Shown: positions 12,487 through 22,851, counted from the stretch's first letter. The stretch: 64,000 bases of DNA from Schmidtea polychroa (GCA_044892525.1 CM097885.1:23934001-23998000); one strand, 5' to 3'. Translations and numbers: made by a program. The notes: generated by a model not told the origin, from the letters alone.

Positions 12487-12948
12487 ATGGAATTATTTAG
12501 TGATTTAAAAACGGATGAAAATCCTGATATGGTGGCAGCGGTAAACACCGACGCGATTAACGAAAGATTATTGCCAAAAGTGTTCTGTCAAGGTGATGAC
12601 TTGGAAAAATTCATCAGAAGATCCAAGATCTAATTCGATGCTAAAGGCATCAATAAAAAAGAACAAGAAAGATTCACCGCATGCATGATCGACGAGGATC
12701 TATTGGAGAAATATGCGAAAACAGTTAAAAATGCAGAAGGATTTCAAGCCAGGTTACGAATGGCATTTGATTACGAAAGGGACGTAATAAAGGATATGGA
12801 AAGTTTATTGAATTATAAAAGAAGAGGCGAAGAGATTGAAACATATTTTAAAAAAGTGTAGGACCTTGTTGACAGGTTGTTTGAGAATAAAGAATTCACC
12901 AAAGAGAAAATAACAGCAAAGATGTTGATAGTATGTGCTGAGAATTTT
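12487..12948 (+). pseudogene. gag-like ORF, longer variant with in-frame stops
   Basis: MELFSDLKTDENPDMVAAVNTDAINERLLPKVFCQGDDLEKFIRRSKI*FDAKG..IETYFKKV*DLVDRLF. Confidence 0.55.
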
Positions 12949-14135
12949 CCTCGAGTAAGATTAATTAAAGAATTTTAAAATAATAAATAAAAAAATAAAA
13001 CAAACTAAAGAAAATTTAATTACATAAATTTATGTAAAATTATAATAATTTATCATTTAATTACTTTCAAAATCTTTTTTTGTCAATACATTACATAGAT
13101 TCCTATGATAATCAACACTATAAACGAAATTATAAGGAAAATACATTTCCATGAGGTCAGTACAGCTATTCCAGCCCTATTTTTCACAAATATGAAACTG
13201 TCCAAATTCAAATAAAATTTAAATCAGAAGAAAATAGTTTAACATATTTGAAAAAACAGCGAAATAATTTCGAATTTATTATTACAATTATTACAAGTAG
13301 TGTGGTTATATACCCAACCAAAACAGCCCCCCAACAAAAACATGCCTCCAAATCACTTAAGCTATTAGAAAAACAACCTAAAACTTATACTTTTATAGTA
13401 TTTTAACCCTATATTTTGAAAACAACCACCCTTAATGACTCTAACTGTTTTAATCTTTAAAGCCTCAAACTCAAAAGCTTTAAACTAAAAAGAGAATAGA
13501 AAAGAAAATGGCATTATGAAAAAGTTAGAGGGCTATTTGATCTTTATCAGATTATTGATTTTAAATTATATAAATTAAAAAATAAATGAAAAATAGTAAA
13601 ACTGCTCTGAGGGGACAGTGGTATTTTTTTTTTTTTTTTTCACTGTCCCCTCAACAGTTTTTTTTGATCCGGATCATTTTTTTTATTTATCAACCTCTTT
13701 CGTTTATCAAATCTCTTCTAATATACAAGCTGGCTAGACTCATACATCAGAATCAATCCGATAATAGCAGCACGCCTTATTATTCGCTTCTCGCTCACGA
13801 AGTCGATTTCAACGGCGTTTTAAGCGTGCTGCTCGAAAGTAAAAATGAATTCGAAAAGAATCCGAAAGAGGTCCGAAAACAACTGAGAAATAAATGTGCA
13901 CATTACCGGGATCGATCCGGGGGTGTTCGAAAGACAGGTGGCGATAATTACCGGTTCGCCACCATCACCCGTTTCAATATTTTTTTTTTCATATTTATGT
14001 TTAAAAAATAAAATAATAAATAAAATAAATAAAATAAAATAAAATAAAATAAAAATAAATAAAATAAAATATAAATATCAGATACCCACACTATTTTCAA
14101 TATTATTTTCAAATTTTTAATATTATTTTATGTTG

Positions 14136-14218
14136 AAAAAAAAACTAACCTCAGATGTGATTTGAACCGCTATCCATTTGAACCACGGTGCCGGTCTAGC
14201 CCACTGCGCTATCTAGGA
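14136..14218 (-). ncRNA. tRNA-like Pol III unit 1
   Basis: Minus strand: A-box TAGCGCAGTGG, B-box GGTTCAAATC, downstream T9. Confidence 0.5.
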
Positions 14219-14465
14219 TTGGATTTTTGTCATTTTTTAGACTATAAATAATCGATTCAAGTTCTTTAACTCTTTCCTGTAATTGTTTCATTTTCTTCAA
14301 TCTTATATCAGCAACATCTACAGCCTTCATATAAAAATGTCGATACTTTTCATTATCTACCCTCAACTCTTTGATGTATTCTAATGGTTCTTCTTCTCTT
14401 CTTTTCATTCTCTTATGTTTAACTTCATTCAATTCATTTCTCATTCTTTCTTTTAACTCATCCAT
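14196..14465 (-). CDS. Polinton small charged coiled-coil protein (89 aa)
   Basis: Intact ORF, identical in both copies, E/K/R-rich. Confidence 0.55.
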   Translation of the reverse strand: MDELKERMRNELNEVKHKRMKRREEEPLEYIKELRVDNEKYRHFYMKAVDVADIRLKKMKQLQERVKELESIIYSLKNDKNPILDSAVG

Positions 14466-14626
14466 TTTTATAAATATTTTTTTATTGGATATATTAATTT
14501 TTGGTAGCTTAAGTTAAAACGTTTTTGATCTTAAATTTCCAGGAGTTGCCGTTGACCAATCTCCTTAAAAATTTGTACAAGTACTAAATCGAGTATGCTG
14601 ATCAATATTTCGTTAAAAAGAATTTG

Positions 14627-14707
14627 AAAAAAAATGACCGAAATGGGATTTGAACCCATTGGTATTGGCAATGCAGTCGAGTGCTATTACCACTAAGCTA
14701 TACTCAA
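14627..14707 (-). ncRNA. tRNA-like (tRNA-Cys-like 5' half) Pol III unit 2
   Basis: Minus strand GTATAGCTTAGTGGTAATAGCACTCGACTGCA..AATGGG TTCAAAT CCCATT..T8; D-arm and T-arm pair, acceptor and anticodon stems do not. Confidence 0.6.
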
Positions 14708-14860
14708 TATAAAATAAGTTGTTAATGTGTGACTATTTATTGATGAAATTAATAATTAATTATTCATTTTCTCGACAACTACCACTCAGATCCATCTGAA
14801 AATTTAAATATATACTAAAATCAGTACGCTGAATCAGATTCCGTTGAAAAAAAAATATCG

Positions 14861-14942
14861 AAAAAAATTGACCAAAATCGAAAATTAAACCCGGTACTCC
14901 CGGTGATAAAATTGAAGCCTATTCCCAATCCGCTATAATGGC
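14861..14942 (-). ncRNA. tRNA-like Pol III unit 3, degenerate
   Basis: A-box-like TAGCGGATTGG, weak B-box GGTTTAATT, T7; flank similar to unit 2. Confidence 0.35.
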
Positions 14943-14998
14943 TTACATAATATATTTAATTAATCCTATTGTGTGTGTGTAAATTTTAATATATAAAA

Positions 14999-16285
14999 AT
15001 GAATAATATAAAAATTCAAGAAATAAATTAATTAAATCTTGATTATAATAAAGAATTTACTCATGAAATCAAGAAAAACGATGTACTTAAAATCTCCCCA
15101 ACTTCAGGATCTATTGCAAACTTAAATCGTAGGGGTGATATAGTTTTTCAATCTCTTCAAACATCAAACCCTATAGATATTTGTAATGCCAAATTATATT
15201 ATAAAATCGAATTAGAAATTGAAGCAAACAAAGATATAACCCTAGAAAATAATTTCTTTCCAAATTTATTCTCCAACATGAGATTAAAACTAGGATCATC
15301 AGAAATTGAAACTGTTTTGCATCCGGGAGTATATTCTACAATGTTAAATTTTATTTTGACTGGTTGTGATTATAAAAATGAATATGGTGAATTAACAGGT
15401 TGGATTCCTGATGTTAATAAAGGGGATTTAGATAAAGATGGTTTAGATGTAAACCATGGTTACTATAAAAGAGCTGAACTTTATAAATCTAAAAAATTTG
15501 AAGGTTATTTTGAATTAAAACACTTGTTTGGATTCATTCAAAACTATAATCGTATACTTCATAATGTTTTTATAGAATTAGTTTGTAATAGAGTAGAAGG
15601 TGATAAAAAATTGTTCTATGGAGATAAGGATACAACAGCTAAATTAAAAATATCAACACTTGAATTGCATATACCTGAATGGACATTAAATCCACATTCT
15701 GAGATTAAACTCCTTGAAAGATTAAATTCCAACAAGTCTATAAATGTAAATTATTTAAATAGAATCTGTAGTGAATTTAGTATGACAGAGGGTTCAACAT
15801 ATTCTATAAAGGTAGCAAATTTAGCATACCGACCAAGATATATCTTGATTGGATTCAAAGAAGTAGATTCATCTTTCCAAAAAAATAACAACTTGTTTAT
15901 TCAAAAGATTGGAGTTGATAATTTAAAAACAATCCAAATTCAATTAAATAGTTCTTATTATCCAATAAATAGAATGGAATTTAATATTGAAAATAATGAA
16001 AACATATTCCCATATCTAAATTATATTGAAACATGTTATGATTTCAAAGTTGAACCGCAATTAAGTTTAGAAGATTTCAAAAATTTATATTCTATATTTT
16101 GAATAAATGTTTCAGACCAAGATGATCGCCTAGCCATAAATAATGTTGATGTTACACTTCATGTAACAAAGGATTCTAATTTTAAAGCTAAAGTATATAC
16201 ATTAATATTAGAAGAAAAGAAAATAGAAATGAAATTATATGGTGGAAAGATTTCAATAATCGAAAATGTTAGGGGAGATTCTTGA
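14999..16285 (+). pseudogene. Polinton major capsid protein (double jelly-roll type), ~428 codons with two in-frame stops
   Basis: One frame from ATG 14999; TAA at codon 11 and TGA at 16100; motifs ENNFFPNLF, LKHLFGF, RPRYILIGF, IQLNSSYYP, YSIF*INVSDQ. Confidence 0.8.
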
Positions 16286-16315
16286 TATAATCCCTGATAT
16301 TTTTAACATTTTAAA

Positions 16316-17659
16316 ATGTCTCTCTATTGGAGATGTGAAAGTTGTAATTGTCAAGTTACAAGACATCATAAAGCAAGTCATCTAAAAACTAAAAAACATA
16401 TAGGAGGCGATCTACAATCTTCAAAAGTGACATCTTCAATATTAAAACCTTTTACTACAGAAAAATATCCAGGTGAAAGACATTTATTTAAACACAACTA
16501 TACCGGACCAGGAACAAGATTAGATTTTAGATTAGATGAAAATAATAATCCCAAACAAGGAGAAGAACCAATAAATAGAATTGATCAAGCAGCTTTAAAA
16601 CATGATATTGCATACAATTCAGAAGATCTTAGAGATAGACATGTTGCAGATGTTAATTTAATACATGATTTAAATAGTATCCAAAATCCATCAACCCAAA
16701 AAAAGATTCAAAGAGCTCTAGTTAAATTAGCAATGAAAGGTAAGATTTTCATAGGTGCTAGTTTACCAAGGATGGCAAAAGATGTTGCTAATAAAAAGAT
16801 TATTGAACAAGCAGATGCTGAAAGATCCCTCGAGAATATATCCAAGACTAGTTTATTAACCCCAACAGAATCACAAATAAAATATGCCAACGAATTACAC
16901 CATGAATTTAGAAAAAATAAAAAATATTTAAAAGTTCAAGTACATGAAAAAGATCAAACATGGTCTGCAGATTTAGTCTTTATGCCAACCAAATCATCAG
17001 ACCCTGAAAAATATAAAATAATTTTAACAGTAATAGATTTATATACAAGATTTGCCTTTGCAAGGTGTTTAGAAAATAAAACAGGATATTCTATTACAGA
17101 AGCATTTGAAAATATATTTGAACAACATCAAAGAATTCCAAAATATTTATGGTGTGATAAAGGAACAGAATTTTATAACAAAGTTTTACAAAGTTTTTAA
17201 ATGAAAATGATATTAAATTATATTCAACAGAAAACAGTCGTAGTTGAAAGATTAAATAGAACATTAAAAAATAAAATGTGGAAATATTTTACGGCTATTG
17301 GAAAACAAAAATGGAACAATGAATTGTTACAAAAGATTGTAAATGAATATAATAATGATGTACATAGTTCTATAAAATCAACACCTTTAAATGCTACCAT
17401 AAATCCTGAAACCATTAAAGTAGTAAATATTGAAAATGATGTTATTGAAAAACCAAAGTTTAAAATTGGTGACCGAGTAAGAATATTTAAATATAAAAAT
17501 AAATTTGAAAAAGGATTCACAGCAAAATGGACAAATGAAATTTTTATTATAAATAAAATAAATTATACAACTCCAATAACATATAGCATCATTGATTTAA
17601 ATAATGAAAAAATATTAGGTAGATTTTATAATAATGAGTTACAGAAAACAGATTTCTAA
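16316..17659 (+). pseudogene. Zn-finger + parvovirus-type PLA2 + retroviral-like integrase fusion, disrupted near 17195-17235
   Basis: CESC..HLKTKKH; HNYTGPGT..IDQAALKHDIAY; WSADL, VIDLYTRF, WCDKGTEF, VVERLNRTLK, KFKIGDRVRI..FEKGF..W. Confidence 0.9.
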
Positions 17660-18444
17660 AATAATTTTTTCCATATTTCAGCTTCTTCTCTATCCAAATA
17701 AATATAATTATATTTTTCTCTCCAATGATTATCAACAAACATATCAAACATATTCTTATCAGGTTCAACATTTGAAAATAAATCATTATAAATCATATTC
17801 TTATCACGGCGATCTAATTTAAAAAATATAAAACAATTAGAATTATTTCTTATAGAGTTTTTATCTAAAGCATAATAAGTTTGAGATATATAAATAACAT
17901 TACAATTATTATGTCTTCCTCTTGTAAAGTAACTCTTTTGAATCTCTTGATTTTTCATATTAACAACATCATCAAATATAACTAGATTCTTTTTATCTTT
18001 AGGAAGTAAATCACAATGTAAAACATCTTCAGGTTTATTAGAGAATAAAACTTGAATCCCCTGCCCCTCTTCACAAATATAATCATTTTTATTACTAATA
18101 TCTGATTCTAAAATCTTTTCCTTATACCAATCAACCATATCACAAGGTTGAAAAACTTCTTCAGGACATCTATGTTGATTTTTAAAAATATCAATTATTG
18201 CTTTTTTAGTTAATTTATTTTCAAAGCCACATTTCAAAAGTTGTAATTCTGGTTGATTTATAGTTGTAGAATAAAAGATTAAATTATTATAATCTAAAAA
18301 ACCATCTTCAAGCAACATTTTCAAAACAAGTACATTCTTTCCACATCCAGAAGAACCAACAATTAATAATCTAAAATTATCAGGAAATACTTTATTATTA
18401 AATTTAGATTTATGTCTATTTAAAATTGGTTTCCAAATATCCAT
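17656..18444 (-). CDS. Polinton packaging ATPase (A32/FtsK-like)
   Basis: Walker A GSSGCGKN, Walker B LVIFDD, FTRGRHNN, YISQ. Confidence 0.9.
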   Translation of the reverse strand: MDIWKPILNRHKSKFNNKVFPDNFRLLIVGSSGCGKNVLVLKMLLEDGFLDYNNLIFYSTTINQPELQLLKCGFENKLTKKAIIDIFKNQHRCPEEVFQPCDMVDWYKEKILESDISNKNDYICEEGQGIQVLFSNKPEDVLHCDLLPKDKKNLVIFDDVVNMKNQEIQKSYFTRGRHNNCNVIYISQTYYALDKNSIRNNSNCFIFFKLDRRDKNMIYNDLFSNVEPDKNMFDMFVDNHWREKYNYIYLDREEAEIWKKLF

Positions 18445-18459
18445 TTTATTTATTTAAAA

Positions 18460-19062
18460 ATGACAACTGAAGAATCTTTGCAAGAATTAATAAATTCAAA
18501 TAAAAATAAATCAGTAGTAATTGATGGTAAAAAATATTTTATTGGAAAACATGTAAAAGAACAAGTTAAAGAACGTATGTCTTCGACTAAAGAGGGTGGT
18601 ATTCTTCCATTAGCTGCTTTAATACCTGCAATCATTGCCGGACTATCAGGTGCTGCTGGAATAGCTGGAGGAATTGCAACTACAGTTCAAAAAGCTAAAG
18701 AATCTCAAGAGACAGACCTAGAAAAAGAAAAATTACAAACTGAAATCGATTCAATAAAAAAGAAGGGAGTGTCCCAAGGTCAAAAGTCCGTTGGAAAAGG
18801 TCTCTATCTTAATCCATATCAGAAAGTGTCCGAAGGTCAAAAGTCTCAGGGGAGTTCCTCCGTTGGAAAGGGTCTCTATCTTGATCCTTAAAAAGGCCGC
18901 GGTTTAAATGATTTTTTAAAAAATCAAATTTCATCATCTGAATCTTTATCTTCAAAAGATAAAGATGATTTTAAAAAAATGTGTAAATCTTTAAAGAATG
19001 GATGCCTTTGTAAAACTAAAAATGGTAAAGGATTATATTTAAAACCTTGGAAGGAACCATGA
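18460..19062 (+). pseudogene. Adenovirus pX-like virion core precursor, one in-frame stop at 18889
   Basis: GGILPLAALIPAIIAGLSGAAGIAGGIA; three GKGLYLxP repeats, the third lying past the TAA in the same frame. Confidence 0.65.
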
Positions 19063-19084
19063 TACCATTTTTGATACCATTAAA

Positions 19085-19963
19085 ATGGTATATGAAGAAA
19101 GATTAGCACTTTTAAAAAAATTACAATAAGAACAAAACAAGTATAATAAAAAAGATACAACTCAACATGCTGAATCTATAATATTAAATGAGGTAATCCA
19201 ACAACAACAAAAACCAACAATTAAATCTATAAAAGGATTAAATGAGCAAGCAAAATTTAAAGAGTTGGAAGATAAAAAACAAAAAATAAAAGAATTGGAG
19301 TGGGAGAAAGAATCCACTGAAAATCATCCTGAAAGTCATTCTGAAAGCCATTCTGAAAGAAATCAAAGAAAACGTAGAAGAACCTCTAATGTGGAAGAAG
19401 AAGAAATGTTTTTAAAAACAAAACCTCTTAAAGTTAATCCTAAAATTAGAGAAGGTTTAAGTGATTCAGTTAAACCCACATTTCATATTAATTCTGAAGG
19501 ATATTCAATAATAACAATCAATAAACAAAACTTTACTTTATATACAACTCCAGAAAATAAATCACATATTCATTCACAAAATGTTTATAATAATGAATAT
19601 TTAGACTTTGAATTTACAGATGATTTTTATAGATTACTTTGTGGATATCCTTCAGATGATGTTGAAGAAATTAAAAAATATTTAAATTTTATAAGATCAA
19701 TAAAAGCTAGTTCAAAAGCAAAACACATTCAAGATTTAAAGAAATATTTAGATAGAAATGAAAAGGGTTATGTTGTTAAAGAAGGTGATGGTATAAGGGT
19801 TAAACCAAACCCAATCAACCTTTTTATTGAATTAAGAAAACTATTAGCAGCTAAAAAAGCAAGTCATAATAATTTAGATTCTGATATTTTAAAGATTTCT
19901 AAAGATTTGTTAAAACAAGGAATAATTTCAAAAGATAAATTTAATAAATATACGAAGTTATAA
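19085..19963 (+). pseudogene. Polinton hypothetical protein with a premature stop at codon 15
   Basis: ATG 19085 is in frame with ORF 19265; C-terminal NPINLFIELRKLLAAKKA(S/G)HNN resembles a motif common in Maverick ORFs. Confidence 0.55.
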
Positions 19964-19985
19964 ATACAAAGTTATAAAATATAAA

Positions 19986-20450
19986 ATGACTAATCCTTCA
20001 ATATTAGATTTTTTAAAAACATTTGGAATAAATGCAAAAACAAATTTTGATTTAAAAGATTATGCAAATTATTTAAATTTAAAAATAAAAATATTAATGA
20101 ATGATGAATTATCAAGTCTGAAAGATATTCTGAAAGAAGACACTCAAAAGAAACGAAGTCCCCTGAATATTATTATAAATTATAAAAATTCAAATGAGAA
20201 AGGATCTCATTGGGTTTGTATATATAATAAATCTATATACTTTGATTCTTTTGGGATTAAACCTACTAAAGAAGTTGAAGACTATCTGTCGAGGGGCTAT
20301 ACTTTTAACTCTTTACAAGTTCAACCCAATAATACTAAAATATGTGGTATTATAAGTTTATATGTTTTGTATAGATTGAATAAATCCAAAGGAGAAGGTT
20401 TCACTTCCTTAATCCAAGAAATTTATAATGATTTAAAATCTCTATTATGA
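19986..20450 (+). CDS. Adenain-like cysteine maturation protease
   Basis: GSHWVC, YFDSFG, QVQ..TKICG (His/Asp/Gln/Cys). Confidence 0.9.
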   Translation: MTNPSILDFLKTFGINAKTNFDLKDYANYLNLKIKILMNDELSSLKDILKEDTQKKRSPLNIIINYKNSNEKGSHWVCIYNKSIYFDSFGIKPTKEVEDYLSRGYTFNSLQVQPNNTKICGIISLYVLYRLNKSKGEGFTSLIQEIYNDLKSLL

Positions 20451-21217
20451 AAATGGAGCTTCGCAACCTTCCGGAAGATAATTTTAAAAAAATGGTAAAC
20501 ATAATGTCAGATAAATATTCAAGAACTTTATCTATAAATTCAAAAGAATCAGACTTTACTATAAACTTTCAAGATTCAATAAAATTAGATCAAGATTTAA
20601 ATTATGAATTAGGTCTATTATGGTTTTGTGCTTATAATACTATTTTTAATATAACTAAAGATAATAACATATTTTATTATATAAGCCCAAAATCTACAGA
20701 TAAGATTATAATAACAATCGAACCTGGGGCTTATGAGATAAAAGATTTAAATAATATACTTTCTAAAAGAACAAATGGAGCCATTACAATTAAAATGGAT
20801 TTACCAACTTCAAAATGTATAATGACTTTAGAGAATATAGGAATTCATTTTCAAAATAATAGTTTCTTTAGAACAATTTTAGGATTTACACGAAACCATT
20901 ATATCACACCTATAGTTGAGAATATAACATCAGAAAATATTATAAAAATAATAAATACAAACACAATAAATATTCATTGTGATTGTATAACAGGTTCTTA
21001 TAATAATGGTAAACAAACAAATGTTTTATATTCCTTTCCCTCAAACACAGTTCCTATGGGATATAAAATAGTTGAAAGAATGAATCCTCCAAATTATTTG
21101 CCTTTATGTAGAAAATATATAATGGATATTAATTTTAAAATTCTTAACCAAGAAGGAGAATTGATTGATTTTAATGGAGAAGAGATTTCAATGTATTTAC
21201 ATCTGAAACAGGTTTGA
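20447..21217 (+). CDS. Polinton minor capsid (penton-like) protein
   Basis: INIHCDCITGSYNNG..VLYSF..GYKIVE..YLPL..NQEGELIDFNGE..LHLK. Confidence 0.8.
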   Translation: MKMELRNLPEDNFKKMVNIMSDKYSRTLSINSKESDFTINFQDSIKLDQDLNYELGLLWFCAYNTIFNITKDNNIFYYISPKSTDKIIITIEPGAYEIKDLNNILSKRTNGAITIKMDLPTSKCIMTLENIGIHFQNNSFFRTILGFTRNHYITPIVENITSENIIKIINTNTINIHCDCITGSYNNGKQTNVLYSFPSNTVPMGYKIVERMNPPNYLPLCRKYIMDINFKILNQEGELIDFNGEEISMYLHLKQV

Positions 21218-21241
21218 AGATTCATTTTAAATTATTAATAA

Positions 21242-22249
21242 ATGAGTTCTTATATTCCTTGTAATAGAGGTGGTGGAACAATAAAAACAGGGTTTAATAC
21301 AGAAGAAATATTAACTTTAACAGAAAATAAATATATTAATGAAAGAGGTGATTCAATGAAAGGAGATTTAAATTTAAATGGACACAAGATAAAAGATTTA
21401 TCTTTACCAACTGATGAAGGTGATGCTGCTAATAAAAAATATGTAGATGGTGTTAAAAATTATACTGATTTAACAACAACAAGAATTGAAAGTTCATTAA
21501 CAACAAAAATTGATTCAATGGAATCAAAGCTTAATAATATCGAACAACGATTTAATGATAAATTTGACAAGTTACAAAGTCTGTTAACTGAACAAGTTGT
21601 AAAGTTAAATACTAGTATATTAAATTCTAAAGATAAACAAATTATGAATACTAAATTTAATACAATATATAATATAATAAAGATGATTACATCATTTAAT
21701 AAAAGACTTTCAAATTTAGAGTCTCATACAACACACATTAACACCACACACAGTATTAGAAAAAGAGCTGCTGAATTAGAACAGAATAAAACATTATTAC
21801 CCCATACATATAAACATTTTATAGAACCAACTTTAATAACAACAAATAGTAAAGAATGGAGTGTTTTTATGGTTGTAAGGATTATTGATCCTTATTTCCT
21901 TTTATTTGATGATGATGGTGAAATAATGAAATGGTTTGTAAAATGTGATTATAATAGTAAGCTTGAAAAGGGTGATGTTATAATGACTAGTTATGATTTG
22001 TCACATGGAGATTGGTATGTTAATACTCATTCACATAAAACACATAAAGTTAAAAGTAAGAATATTATTTTTAAAAGCACATTTGTGCATTATATAGATT
22101 TAATATTTTATGAAAAAAAGGTTGATGCTGATGAAGTTCGTAAAGCATTGATGGAATTGTATAAAGATATTCTCTCAACAAGAGTTTCTTTTGATATCCG
22201 ATTATTGGTGCCAGATGGTGCTCAGAAGAATAAAGTCTTATTTTTTTAA
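21242..22249 (+). CDS. Putative fibre/spike-like protein
   Basis: GDSMKGDLNLNGHKIKDL..PT..DAANKKYVD neck-like motif, a coiled coil, then a beta-rich C-terminal domain; directly follows the penton gene. Confidence 0.55.
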   Translation: MSSYIPCNRGGGTIKTGFNTEEILTLTENKYINERGDSMKGDLNLNGHKIKDLSLPTDEGDAANKKYVDGVKNYTDLTTTRIESSLTTKIDSMESKLNNIEQRFNDKFDKLQSLLTEQVVKLNTSILNSKDKQIMNTKFNTIYNIIKMITSFNKRLSNLESHTTHINTTHSIRKRAAELEQNKTLLPHTYKHFIEPTLITTNSKEWSVFMVVRIIDPYFLLFDDDGEIMKWFVKCDYNSKLEKGDVIMTSYDLSHGDWYVNTHSHKTHKVKSKNIIFKSTFVHYIDLIFYEKKVDADEVRKALMELYKDILSTRVSFDIRLLVPDGAQKNKVLFF

Positions 22250-22257
22250 TTATTAAA

Positions 22258-22851
22258 ATGGAAGAAGTAAGAGAAGAAAGAATTTACCAAGAATTGTCAT
22301 CAAGATATTATTCCGAAGGTCACAAAGGTTCCAAGGCTCCCTCAGCTCCCACAGAACTTGAAATTATGAGAGTAAAAGAATTTAAGTCAGAAACCTTACA
22401 TTTACAAGATTTATTAAAGCATTATAAAAAAATTAAAAATAGATGGAATAAAGGGAATACAGTTTTAAAAGTTATAGGTTATTCTTTAGGATTTGCATCT
22501 GCAATATTAACAGTTATTTTACCTATAACTTTACCAGTTTTAACAATTGCACCTGTAATACTTGGAAGTATTTCAGTAGCTGAGGGTTTCCTAACTGAAA
22601 TAGTTTCACTATCTTATACTTCTAAAAAGAAAAGTTTATATCGTGAAGTTTGCTTATCAATAGAATTAGGAATCTCTAAATTATTTTTATTTCAATTAAA
22701 AGCTTTGGAAGATGGAATCTTAACTGATGATGAAATAATGAAATCAAATCAAATAATACAAGATATTAAAAATGAGGTTATAAGATTAAAAAATGCTAAT
22801 GTTATAACTAATAAAAAAATTAAACGAGAGAAATGGTTAAAGAATTCTTAA
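22258..22851 (+). CDS. Polinton membrane protein with a hydrophobic hairpin and PSAP motif
   Basis: VIGYSLGFASAILTVILPITLPVLTIAPVILGSISV; APSAP near the N-terminus. Confidence 0.65.
   Translation: MEEVREERIYQELSSRYYSEGHKGSKAPSAPTELEIMRVKEFKSETLHLQDLLKHYKKIKNRWNKGNTVLKVIGYSLGFASAILTVILPITLPVLTIAPVILGSISVAEGFLTEIVSLSYTSKKKSLYREVCLSIELGISKLFLFQLKALEDGILTDDEIMKSNQIIQDIKNEVIRLKNANVITNKKIKREKWLKNS

Noticed and set aside
13586..14011. 141-aa ORF in the Polinton left end
   Set aside because: Runs through the poly-T hairpin loop and is frameshifted in copy 2
14627..14707. Functional tRNA-Cys gene
   Set aside because: Acceptor and anticodon stems do not pair; kept only as tRNA-like
14999..19963. Alternative genetic code or stop readthrough explaining in-frame TAA/TGA in Polinton genes
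   Set aside because: The stops are few and of mixed type, the same codons end neighbouring genes, and frameshifts and truncation show ordinary decay
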